DNA of 64,000 nt, taken from NCBI GenBank assembly GCA_951406725.2, contig OX597822.1:112530001-112594000 (forward strand), written 5' to 3'. Origin of the DNA: Octopus vulgaris (taxonomy: Eukaryota). A program made the translations under genes and the position numbers. Below the pieces are notes generated by a model. The model was given only the letters and a program-made list of their open reading frames with translations, ran no database searches and had not been told where the DNA came from. Positions 1 through 11,489 of this stretch are shown here, piece by piece (the first letter of the stretch is position 1; every line of letters begins with the position of its first letter).

Positions 1-29
1 CAATGCCATCAATAAAACGCAACTAACAA

Positions 30-245
30 ATGAGCCTCTACGTTGGTTGTCACTCGACCTGGTCAGAATATGCGATCGAATCCATTCGAATCCCCTTCAA
101 ATTGTATCCTATCGTCTTACATAAGGCAAGGGCAAGTAATGTTACATACCTTTAAAAAATGGTCATTGTTGGAATATGCTTGCTCATAAATCTGACCAGT
201 TTGAGAACTGACCTGGGCTAACACTACCACCATCAACAAGAATAA
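30..245 (+). repeat. Old diverged interspersed repeat (octopus-type family ending ...GGAATGCCTTTGATCATAGGTCTG...GCTGACCTGGGGCTAAACAACAAC)
   Basis: Degenerate similarity to other copies in this window at ~5535-5620(-), 32190-32385(+), 39750-39935(-), 42820-42890(+) and 63583-63660(+). Confidence 0.5.
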
Positions 246-1059
246 CAACAACGAAAACCATCAATATATTATCACGACAAACGATGTTTTTACCATCAGT
301 GAAACCAGTCACAAGATTAGAACCAGCATCCTTGCTCTCGACAATATGTATTCTAATGACTCAACAGCCACAATGTCATAAATTCTAACCATTGTCTCCA
401 TATCAGGAATCTATTACCATAGCAATATACCATGGAATACTAAGCCTGAATCAGAGCAAAATAATTTATAATCAAGGCAACTCAATGAGTCATTTAAGCG
501 TAAAGCAAAAATATATATATAAAAAAAAGTAAGTATGTTAGTATTTTGTTAAAGGAAGGAATATCTCACGCCTCGGTACACTAATATATCTCCATTTTGG
601 TATTTACTAAATTGATTTGTCGATCGGAGCTCTGTTAGTTTTTGTTCTTGAATTTATCAGATGAAGCGCGCAGTTCAAAACATTAGATATCTCTTCTCCA
701 ACTTACGTCATTCTGCTTTTAACCAAAGCGATTCTGAAGCTAGCTGTGACCAATCGATCTAGACTGCACATTGTATTTTTTTGCAGTTTTGTCTGCTGCA
801 AATCAACCAGCACCGACACACCCATATTCTACTGTACCCCCTCCTATATCCAGTCTACTCTCTCTATCTTTCCTTATCATACCATTCTTTCTTTTTCTCT
901 CCTCCTCTCTCCTTCCTTTCCTTGTTCTTGCACCCTCTGAGCTTTCAACCAAGCTTGAGTAATCTACGCTGCTTGTATTGTAAAAACGACGGCTACAAGA
1001 GACACTTCGATCGTTTGAATGCCAGATCCTATCGCTTTCTGTTTATCGAAAGTAGAAAC

Positions 1060-1062
<3 letters not shown>

Positions 1063-1097
<35 letters not shown>
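1063..1097. repeat. (GA)n microsatellite
   Basis: Direct reading. Confidence 0.95.
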
Positions 1098-1100
<3 letters not shown>

Positions 1101-1535
1101 AAAAATAGAAAAACAAATGAATAGGCCCAAACAGTAACGAAAAGCAATATAAACAGGAAGAAAATGTGAGAGCAGCATGCTAGAGAATAACCAGGAAGCT
1201 GTACATGTTTCCATTATTATCCAACGTGGTAGAACGTGACATGGTGCTCACGCGATGGCCACGTCTCCGCCACGGAACAACTTTTGGCAAATTTTCTTTT
1301 CATCTTCTGTGCTTCTAGGTTACTAAGATGTTCATTTATTGATCTATTGATCACACCATTCGATAGTTTAAATACCAAAACCCTCAACATTCCGAATACG
1401 ACTTATGAATGGTGAATAATACTTGTCAGCACATATCGCATTACCAGTAATATGTAATGAAGGGACAAATTGCCCGAATTGCGGAGAGGGAGCGCTAAGC
1501 AGTGGACTGGCAGTAACATTGCAAATTGCCCTAAT

Positions 1536-1586
<51 letters not shown>

Positions 1587-1855
1587 ACAGCAGCAGTGTT
1601 ATTATTATTATAATTATTATTAGTTGTAGTAGTAGCAGCAGTAGTAAGATTAATTTCTGTAGTAGTAGTAGTAGTAGTAGTGGTAGCAGCAGCAGCAGTA
1701 GCAGCAGCAGTAGTAGTAGTAGTAGTAGTAGTAGTAACAGCAGCAGTGTTATTATTATTATAATTATTATTAGTTGTAGTAGTAGCAGCAGTAGTAAGAT
1801 TAATTTCTGTAGTAGTAGTAGTAGTAGTAGTGGTAGCAGTAGTAGTAGTAGCAGC

Positions 1856-1902
<47 letters not shown>

Positions 1903-1945
1903 CAGCAGCAGTAGTAGTGGTCGTGGTAACAGTAGTAGTGTAGTG
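1536..1945. repeat. Compound (GTA)n/(GCA)n/(TTA)n repeat with an internal 150-bp tandem duplication
   Basis: GTAACAGCAGCAGTGTTATT...AAGATTAATTTCTG recurs at 1584 and 1734. The poly-Thr ORF 1403..1969 is its translation. Confidence 0.9.
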
Positions 1946-2261
1946 TGTATTAGTTAAAGACTTGTACAAATGTGGAGATGTATTACACTAAATTCGTTAC
2001 AGTAATTAGCTTTATCTCTCTAGCTCTGAAGTTCAATTCTCACTGGAGTCGAATTTCTTATTAATCTATTTGGGGTCGAAAATATAAGTACCAATAATAT
2101 ACTGATCAAGGCCACTCGATCATAACTGTGCTAGATTTAGAAGAAGAGAAGCCCTTGGCTATTCCACTTGGTAAGTCTCTCCCAAAAAGCCTCTAACCTT
2201 TTTTTCTGTCGTTTTTTTCTCTATTTTTTTCGCTCCTTGTTTCTCTCCTTGTTTTTTCTGT

Positions 2262-2303
2262 GTCCCTTTCTGTAGAAGAGCGTAGGCTCGAAACGTAAAA
2301 GAC
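2262..2303 (+). ncRNA. Minimal hammerhead-ribozyme-like motif with variant core, in a Penelope-like terminal remnant (~2190-2400)
   Basis: CTTT-CTGTAGA-A-GAGC gtag GCTC-GAAA-CG-TA-AAAG. Stems I and II pair and the helix-III region is the palindrome ACGT, but the core reads CUGUAGA instead of CUGANGA. Confidence 0.45.
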
Positions 2304-2894
2304 TTTTTCTATTCCTGAGCGTTATACTAATACATCTGTTTGTTTTGTACACCACCTGTCTTCGTCTTTTGTTTTTTTCGCAAACTCTCCCTATATATCT
2401 ATATACATACCACTTGACTAGATACCTCCGTACTGTCGCTGGCACTAGATTTTAAACTCCTAGATATCAACCTGCAAAATCTATTAGCAAATCCAGTTCT
2501 GCTTCATCCCTGGAAGACAACAACTATTAAAAAAAAAATGAAAACGTCAGGGGAATTGACCTTCAGATTCATCAAAGTAATACCTAAAGATCAGTTAAAG
2601 TGATAGTCGCAACATTTTAACTTTAGATACACACATTACAAAATCTTGTAAGGTAGGATTTCTTAAAGTGGAGCATGGCAATATTTTGGTGGAGTTGGGA
2701 TTACTTCAGAATAAGTAACAAGTGACTAAAATGTGTAAAAAAGTTTTAAGACTTCTATAGAATATGTGTGCGTGTGTACGTGTACATACGTATGTATGTA
2801 TGTATGTATGTATGTATGTATGTATGTATGTATGTATGTATGTTATGTATGTTATGTATGTATGTATGTATGTATGTATGTATGTATGTTATGT

Positions 2895-3544
2895 CAGGTC
2901 ACTTTCGAGTGCTACTGGTAACATGTAACCCAGTACAACCTGTTGCATAGTCGGGCCGTCGGCGACTAAACCGGCAACCCCACCAAGCTTGCTTGGTGAG
3001 GAGGGTGTTTATTGGACACCCTGCAGGATGAAAAACAAAACCCGTCAATGGGCGGAGGAACTCTTGAGAGTCAGTGGCCATCCAATAACTGTGTAATTTT
3101 TTTTTCTTAAGGCTGTATCATGCGCGGGGACATAGAAATAATCGGACTGAATACTCGATCGCGCGGTTAAACCATTGGGAGTGAAGGACTCCTAGCCTTT
3201 GTTAGGGCATCCTTCTAGGAGAAGGTAACTCAGGTAACTGGGATAACTCCGACATAAAACCTGCGGCTCTGTTGTTACCGATGATGTTGACTTGTTCTTC
3301 TTTTCGGATTATGGCTGCTGTTGCTTAGTGAGTGAGATTGACTCAGTGCACATCCTTTCCTCACTTAAAAAAAAATCTTCTTGCACGATAACGACATTGA
3401 TCATGATTGTTGATGGTGCTGTGAGTCTCAACTGAATGGCTGGCTGTAGCCTTATAAAGCAAATAAAAGTCACATTCGATCACAGCACCAATAACAGATA
3501 AGCTTCGTACAATGGCCATACTCGATAACGAGGGGGCAGCCATC
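2895..3544 (+). mobile_element. Non-coding RTE-related retroelement derivative (5'UTR-like) embedded in (TATG)n
   Basis: Contains GGGCATCCTTCTAGGAGAAGGTAACTC, which resembles RTE-clade 5'UTR motifs. GC-richer than its flanks, with (TATG)n on both sides and no ORF. Confidence 0.5.
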
Positions 3545-3670
3545 ATGTATGTATGTATGTATGTATGTATGTATGTATGTATGTATGTATGTATGTATGT
3601 ATGTATGTATGTAGGTAGGTAGAAACAAATATATATATATGAGTATAAATATATATATATATATATATAA

Positions 3671-3720
<50 letters not shown>

Positions 3721-3724
<4 letters not shown>

Positions 3725-3918
3725 TGGTTTGGTCATGTGATTCGTAGGGATGTAGACAGTTACATATAGAAGTGCTGATCACTTAAACTTGTGGAAGAAG
3801 GAGACTCAGGAAGACATGGGTCGAAGTATTGAAGGCCGATATCAAGATACTTGGCCTCACAAAGGAAACGACTAAGGACCCTGATATCTGGCACAATGCC
3901 GTACTCAAGAAGACTCAT
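3721..3918 (+). mobile_element. RTE-clade LINE 3' coding remnant
   Basis: Disrupted translation [13 protein letters not shown]...GRRRLRKTWVEVLKADIKILGL...DPDIWHNAV matches the typical RTE RT C-terminus (LRWFGHV...GRPRKTW...D...W). Confidence 0.75.
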
Positions 3919-3939
3919 TCGTCGCAGCAGGATTGATAC

Positions 3940-4188
3940 CGGTGCGGTTGCCACATAAAAAGCACTCGTATTGGTACCACGTTAAAAAGCACTAGTGCTG
4001 GCGCTGCATAAAGAGCACTCAGTACACTCTGTGGACTGGTTGGCGTTAGGAAGGGTATCCAACCGTAGAAAGCATACCAGAACAATGGAGCTCGGTGCGG
4101 CCCCTGGCCTTACCATCTTCAGTCAAACCATTCAACCCATGCTTGCATGGAAACCGAACGTTAAATGACGTTGATGATGATAATGATG
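3940..4188 (+). mobile_element. SINE 3' portion (family E) with (GAT)n tail
   Basis: GGTTGGCGTTAGGAAGGGTATCCAACCGTAGAAA...CCATGCTTGCATGGAAA...CGTTAAATGACGTTGATGATGA; homologous to 62925-63257. Confidence 0.7.
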
Positions 4189-4199
4189 TACATACGTAC

Positions 4200-4273
<74 letters not shown>

Positions 4274-4303
4274 CATATATATACATACATATATACATAT
4301 ATA

Positions 4304-4351
<48 letters not shown>

Positions 4352-4352
4352 T

Positions 4353-4774
4353 AATGTGAAGTATATTTGCCATCTAAATATGGCTAACCACTAAGGGTGA
4401 GTGTTCTCCAGCTGGCTATTGACACACTTTCTGTGCCCTTATGGTATTTGCAAAGGGAAGCCATCCTTCCCATCGTTAACCTACGTGATACACACGGACT
4501 CGAGTTTCTGAGTATTGACCCGTCATCAGCGCACGACAATCACCGGTTTTCGATGAAAGGGGTCCCAATGCAAATACATATATCCTTTTTCCAGTGATTT
4601 TTCTTCACTGTTCTTGAAAAGTGTAAGCAAGCAATAATAAATCTTTGAACGCTGTATAGACAGTAATTGCACGACAATAGCCAGCTGGAGACAATGATCT
4701 CCTGGGGCTACAAGCTACAGTAACACCCACCCTTAGTGGTTAGCCATATTTAAGTGGCAAATATACTTCACATT
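4353..4774 (-). mobile_element. Penelope-like element remnant with inverted terminal segments, inserted in (TA)n
   Basis: 4353-4405 is the reverse complement of 4722-4774 (few mismatches) and 4406-4421 of 4675-4690. It contains a hammerhead motif and has (TA)n arrays on both flanks. Confidence 0.6.
4492..4534 (-). ncRNA. Type I hammerhead ribozyme motif
   Basis: Minus strand GTGCG-CTGATGA-CGGGT caat ACTCA-GAAA-CTCGAG-TC-CGTGT: canonical CUGAUGA/GAAA core, GUC site and palindromic helix III (ACTCGAGT). The stem II closing pair is a C.A mismatch. Confidence 0.7.
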
Positions 4775-4818
4775 GTGGTGCAGTTACTGTCTATACCTCG
4801 TTCAAAGATTTACTATTG

Positions 4819-4872
<54 letters not shown>

Positions 4873-5054
4873 TGTTTCTGTGTGTCTGTTTGCTTGTACC
4901 CTACCCTACATATTATATTACACACATATACACACATATGTACACAGGTGAGCACATAAGTGCAAAACAAGGGAGGGATTTATAGTTATTTCCTTACAAA
5001 CCTGAAAATAGTACTCGAATACCAAATATATATAGTATTATATACTTTTATTAC

Positions 5055-5214
5055 ATTAAAGCTGCAAAATTATCGCTGGACTGTTACTCAGTTACCAGTT
5101 TCACTTTCCCGTTCGTCGGAGAGTTGTGATAAATTCAACATTTATCACAACTATTCGACGAACGGGAACGTGAAACTCTGAGTAACAGTCCAGTTATGAT
5201 TTTGCAGCTTTAAT
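5055..5214. repeat. 160-bp near-perfect palindrome made of two inverted hammerhead-like motifs
   Basis: Arms 5055-5134 and 5140-5214 around the loop TCAAC. + copy 5150-5189: ACTAT-TCGACGA-ACG ggaa CGT-GAAA-CTCTGAG-TA-ACAGT. - copy 5080-5124 has core CCGACGA and a 5-nt insertion in helix III. Confidence 0.75.
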
Positions 5215-5259
5215 AAAAAGTTTATGTATATATATATTCACACACACACACACACACAC

Positions 5260-5307
<48 letters not shown>

Positions 5308-5346
5308 AGAGAGTGTAATATAAATATATATATGTATGTATGTATG

Positions 5347-5379
<33 letters not shown>

Positions 5380-5643
5380 GTATGTTGTGTATGTGTGTAT
5401 GTATGTGTGTATATATATTCAATGGGGCAAATGAAATAAATATCAGTAAAATATTTGATTTTATTGATTCTCCCATTCACAAATCAAATTATTGGCCTCG
5501 TAACGAGACAAAGTCTCTCACCAATCAGAGTTTTGATTATATGTTGTTGTTTAAGTTATTGTTTATCCTCCATATCAGCCCCGAAAGGCAGAGCTATGGC
5601 CGGAAGTATTCCAGTCCTGATCTTTGTCTTTTTCTTTTTACAA

Positions 5644-6035
5644 TTTATATATAAAAGTGAAGTTGTGTGTTTGTCTTCTACGATTTAGATTCCTAACTAC
5701 TCCCACATTTTGCGGTGCAGGTTAACCAAAACCGTGTATCTTATAGTCGTGATTCATATCGAGCCCTTCTGGGTATTAGCGCGCATCTACGATGAGTCTA
5801 CGATTTAAAAAAAAAATTACCATCATTTTTTCCCATTTTTAATGCATTTTTTGCTATTATATAAGGGAAGTAACTTTCTAAAAAAATATTATTAAATCTC
5901 AGAACGTAAAAAGCTACAGTAACACCCACCTTTGTGGTTAGCCATATTGAGATGACTATTATACTTTACATCTCTAAAAATGCTTATATAGTTATTTCCC
6001 TTACAAACCCGAGCAACGCCGGGCGATACTGCTAG
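5644..6035 (+). mobile_element. Non-autonomous Helitron
   Basis: 5' TATATATAAAAGTGAAGTTGTGTGT; 3' GC hairpin CCCGAGCAACGCCGGG followed by ...CTAG|T. Termini shared with 15826-16203. Confidence 0.75.
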
Positions 6036-7450
6036 TAATTTATAAAAGAAACCAATATTTTGCGGGTGTTACAGGATAGCAAAGGTTTTGGCGGCAGTAG
6101 AAAGTCATCTTCAATCCATTTTTTCTTATTGAATCTGAATTTCTAACTCCCAGTTCTGAACTCACTCTGCCCTACAAGGTAGTATTATTGGTGGAATGCA
6201 TTGTTGTAGTTACGTGGCTGAGGCTGAGAATTAGGACCCTGTAACACTCAGTTCATGTACCTTGGGTTTCCGTCTGATGATGAACAGTGTCTGTGCCGGA
6301 GGAAGAATAAATAGGCAGATCTGAGCCCTCATCTACATGATACTATACAATTGGCAGGCAAGTTGATAACAATATTTATCAACTCCTTTGGTGTTGCTGA
6401 AGCACTTTAATAAAAAGGAAGCTCATCTCCACCGATTTTGATGATGAGTATTCCAGTTATACGATCAACTGGGTTCTTTACAGACTCGTGTACTAGTAAT
6501 TCTTGCATAGAATCAGCACAACTCAGTGTGAATCGAGACTGAACCTTTAGCTAATAGATACAGTCTATCTGGTGGATACCCTGCAGATTCTGTCTACTTG
6601 ATTTAACTCACAATGTTTGGATCAACTCGAAGCTATGGTAAAAGTCACTTGCCCAAGAAGCCATCCGGTGGGATTGAACCGATTCCTCATAACTGCAAAG
6701 CGAATTGCTTAAACACATGGTTATACCTACATCTAAATAGACAGGAAAAATCGTTAGAGCATTCGATAAATGGCTTTGTGTTCAAATCCACTCTAAGGTC
6801 GACTTTGCGCAGCATTCTTCCGAGGTCAATGAACAAAAGAATGTTACTATTAAGTAATGGGATCAATTTAATCAAAACCAAATCAGAGGTTGGAGACCCC
6901 AAATCCAATACTGTTCTCTTGTATTTTCTACGGCAACACGATTGCTAAATGGTATTGACATTTGTCCTTCTTTTGGGCAATATATGTGGAGAGAGGAATA
7001 CATATGCGGCTCCGGTGTTGTCATTGCTGCACTGCGCTTTTACCAACACTGTCTGAAGTAAGACATTCAGGTGCAGAGTAATGATCTCACAAGATTTACG
7101 GATATCAAAGAAGAATTTTAAATATACTGGGGTCACTTCATTCGCCTATAGCGCATACGGAAATTGGCGAGCTGCCGAGACAAAAGAAATCAATAGAGAG
7201 AGAGCAATGGCAAAACTCTACTAATAGACTCAACTCATACCACTACTGCCAATTGTCTGGCGTTCACAGAGAGATTCCGTTATCAAATATCTATTGTGCT
7301 GATGAGAGGACATGTTGATTGTCTAAATTTAACGATTAAATAAATATTTTCATATTACTTTATCAGTCTGGTCATTGTGTAAAATTATTTACTGTCTACA
7401 AACATATATTATATTGTCTTAAATTGCTTGGCAGTTTTTGTTTCCTTTTC

Positions 7451-7825
<375 letters not shown>

Positions 7826-8196
7826 AGTGACCGATCAGACTAGCATATGTTGTTACACATCGTTGGTCACAATGCGCTTTGCCTCGTTTAGCCATTGAAT
7901 GCCACCAACCCGCTGGCTAAGCGAGCAAGCCAGTATACATAAGCACACACACACACACACACATACACACACACACGCATAGTAATGCATGTATGAAAGA
8001 GAGGGTGAAATAAACTGATCGTACAAATTTAAACGTCAGTTTCGACGATGATCAGCTAAATGAAAGATCAGTTGCATTCTTTCTGGTGAAATTAACAGCT
8101 GAGTATTCCACGGACACGGTGTACCATTGACTGAATTTCCAGACCGTCACACAGTGACAAACCCGGATCTGTGAGGTACTGCAGTACAGGTAAAAC

Positions 8197-8229
<33 letters not shown>

Positions 8230-9049
8230 CTATTTGGTACTTTATTTATCGATTCTGAAAGGAAAGGCAAAGTTGCTCTAAATTGGGTTCGAACTAACAG
8301 AGCAGCCAGTCAAAACAAATACAACAAACATAACCAATGCTCTAACGACTCAGCCAGTTCAACCCCTTTGCATTGATTGATACTGTATAATCTCTGATTC
8401 GGCCAATTGATCAATAGATATATGAGTGTGTGTGTGTGAGAGAGAGAGAGAGAGATGTGTGTGTGCGCGCGCATGTTGTGATGTTAACAAGCCGACTACA
8501 AGTTAATAACAAAAGGTTTAGTGACAAGCAAGATGTTGTTTCTTTAGATCGTTGCTATTTCACTCCACTTCTTTGGTAGAATATGGAAATCTTACAACCT
8601 AGACTCTCTCTCTGTCTGTCCTCCTCTCTCTTCTCTTTCTCTTCAAATCAATAGAACCGACCATTCTTTGATGAATTCTGTCGCTTTTAATGTTCCATTC
8701 TATTTAATTTCAGCTTTGTTAGAAATGAAATGATTTCCCAGGTTTTAGTCTTTTATTTTTAAGACCACTAAGTTTGAATATGTAAACACCGGATTCTTTT
8801 CAGAGACACAGGAACGTAGATTGTTATTGGAATTACGTTTCTTCAATAAGTTGAATTCAAGCTCTACCAGTTCTTATGTAAGACAACTATTTCTAAAAGG
8901 TGACTGATGTCGTACATGTAATATGTTTGGCAGTTATTCTAGTTCTCATATCATTAATAATTTAAACGATATTTTCCTTTATGCGGTCCAGGTCAGAATG
9001 AACTGAACTTTGTATTAAATTAAATTAGAAGACACAATTGGTTTAAATT

Positions 9050-9126
9050 CACGTTGAAAGCACCGGTTCTCATCCGATCACCGAAGTTAAGCAACGTCGA
9101 GCCTAGTTAGTACTTAGATGGGTGAC
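9050..9126 (+). pseudogene. Truncated 5S rRNA retropseudogene (approx. nt 15-90 of 5S)
   Basis: CACGTTGAAAGCACCGGTTCTCATCCGATCACCGAAGTTAAGCAACGTCGAGCCTAGTTAGTACTTAGATGGGTGAC is recognisable invertebrate 5S. It is flanked by the direct repeat ACAATTGGTTTAAATT (9034-9049, 9125-9140) and has no poly(A) tail. Confidence 0.9.
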
Positions 9127-9313
9127 AATTGGTTTAAATTGTATTGTTACTGTTAACATCTTGAGTTGTATTTTCTTGCGAAACCTGGGTACAATGACAA
9201 GATACAAAGTGTTTGAATCACTCAGCAGCACATAACTCTATGTATTACATCTATGTATTACGATATACGGATATATTTACTACCATATATACTCTGTTTA
9301 TTACTATATAGAG

Positions 9314-9631
9314 CAGTGGTTGTCAAGCAGGGTTCATGTAACACTTGGGGGTCCATGTAAGCAAAGTAGTAAATTGGGGACGCACAGTAGTTCGTTCAGG
9401 GCCCATGAAACATTTTTGTTTTAGGTGTATTTCTAGTAAGAAACAGCAATATTTATTTCTCAAATGTTTTATAGAGGTCAACCTATACAAGTTAACGTGT
9501 GGAAAACAAAATAGGAATTTCTAAAGAAGATTCTATAAAACTTGTTTCTAAACATCGAATGTTTATGAGGTCCACCAGAGTAAAATAGCAATCAAAGGGG
9601 TCCAGAGGTAAAAAATAATTTAGAACCACGG
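9314..9631 (+). mobile_element. Decayed hAT (Charlie-like) MITE
   Basis: Termini CAGTGGTTGTCAA ... TTAGAACCACGG are a degenerate CAGTGGTTCTCAA TIR. A related 5' fragment lies at 42484; the TSD is not preserved. Confidence 0.55.
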
Positions 9632-10217
9632 GTTTACCAACAAATATTCCTTGACAAATAGAAAATGAATGTCTTGATCTGGTTGAAAGAATATAGAGTC
9701 AGTATTTTTGGAGGTTGTTAGATGTGCGTTTAAAATATTACTGAAGACATACCAACATGAAAAACCAACAAATTTAGGTGCCTGCTCAAATGGAATCGCG
9801 TCGAAGGACATAGATACGAGGGTATACATAAAGTGATGTCAATAGTAATTCATTTCGTTTGAGTAGGCACTATGTGAAAGTAAATTTCTCTACAAATCCT
9901 CTTACGTAGTTTCACCAACTTTTGTCTCATCAAAGTTCTTTATTGGTAATGGTTGAGTAGACGACTATTAGAAAGGCAAAAATTAATATTCAAGATTTTT
10001 GCTGTTAGAAATCTATCGAGTCTTTGGGTTCGATAATCATTATTGGTAATATTTAGTTGTTGAGTTACAGACTGCGATGACTTCTCTACATTTATTTCGT
10101 CTTCCTAAACACACATTCACAACACTTCAGGAGTTATTCAGCCACTCAAGATGATGATGATTTAAATTCAAGCACACTATGTCTTAAAAGTGTAAAACTC
10201 CCAGTACTCATGTCTAT

Positions 10218-10432
10218 ACTCTTTACTCTCTTTAACTCTTTTACTTGTTTTAATCATTTGACTGTGGCCATGCAGGAGTACCACCTTTAGTCGAGCAAAT
10301 CGACCCTAGGACTTATTCTTTTTAAGCCTAGTACTTATTCTATCAGGCTCTTTTGCCGAACCGCTAAGTTACGGGTACGTAAACACACTAGCATCGCTTG
10401 TCAAACGATGTTGGGGGGACAAACACAGACAT

Positions 10433-10525
<93 letters not shown>

Positions 10526-10697
10526 CATATATACGACGGGCTTCTTTCAGTTTCCATCTACCAACTCCACTCATAAGCCTTTGGTCGGCCTGAAGCTATA
10601 GTAGAAGACACTTGCCCAAGGTGCCACGCAGTGGGACTGAACCCGGAACCATGTGGTTCGTAAGCAAGCTACTTACCACATAGCCACTCCTACGCCT
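10218..10697 (-). mobile_element. tRNA-derived SINE family A with internal (CA)n(TA)n tract
   Basis: Minus-strand head AGGCGTAGGAGTGGCTATGTGGTAAG...GGTTCAGTCCC (A/B-box-like), (GTAAAAGA)n tail, at least 7 near-identical copies in the window. Confidence 0.9.
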
Positions 10698-11269
10698 ATA
10701 GACAAAAACAAGACAAAAACTCTGACATTATTGTATCTATGGTTCAAATCCGAACATATTCTGCAGTGTTACGTTAGGCTGAGATAATTTCCAAGAAAAG
10801 TTATTGATAATACAAAGACTCCAAAAGAGAGCTCCAGTGTTTTCATCCGGATATCGTGTTCATGGGCAAGAAGCTTACTCCGCTGTGTATAAATTTCGTG
10901 TGTGCTAGTGAGATTTGAACGATAGCACGATGAAATTCTTCAGGTTATAAAGTACATATACTTCGGTATTATAAGATGCATAACAATATTAAAATGGTAA
11001 AGATAAGGCCGCCAGGTGGCAGAATCGTTAGCATGCCGGGCCAAATGCTTTGCGGCATTTAGTCCGTCTTTACGTTCTGAATTCAAATTCCATCGAGCTC
11101 GATTTTGCCTTTCATCCTTTTCAGGTTACATAAACGACAATGGATAACTGCGGCTTGAATTTTGCACACTCAGTGGACACCAACACTTACTTTGAGAGTG
11201 TTTTGGAGATATATCCCTTCTTCAATTACTGGCACCAAATACGCTAAATATTTGTAAGATACCTGTTTG

Positions 11270-11485
11270 TTTTTATTACCCACAAGGGGCTAAATATAGA
11301 GGGAACAAACAAGGATAGACAAACGGATTAAGTCGATTACATCGACCCCAGTGCATAACTGGTACTTAATTTATCGATGAAAGGCAAAGTCGACCTCGGC
11401 AGAATTTGAACTCAGAACGTAGCAGCAGACGAAATACCGCTAAGCATTTCGCCCGGCGTGCTAATGATTCTGCCAGCTCACCGGC
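11270..11485 (-). mobile_element. SINE family B (Nin-domain-like core) monomer; partial + copy at 11006-11125
   Basis: Homologous to the 16477-17259 unit (GTCGACTTTGCCTTTCATCCTTTCGGGGTCGATAAATTAAGTACCAG core). Confidence 0.85.
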
Positions 11486-11489
11486 TGAA

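Noticed and set aside
700-1530. Possible promoter or first exon (CCAAT at ~750, pyrimidine tract, CpG-containing unique sequence)
   Set aside because: No convincing ORF, splice donor or recognisable homology; cannot be supported from sequence alone
1403-1969. Mucin-like poly-Thr ORF
   Set aside because: Translation of a (GTA)n compound repeat with a local duplication; no signal peptide or splice context
9050-9126. Functional 5S rRNA gene
   Set aside because: Both ends missing, no oligo-T terminator, single copy with TSD
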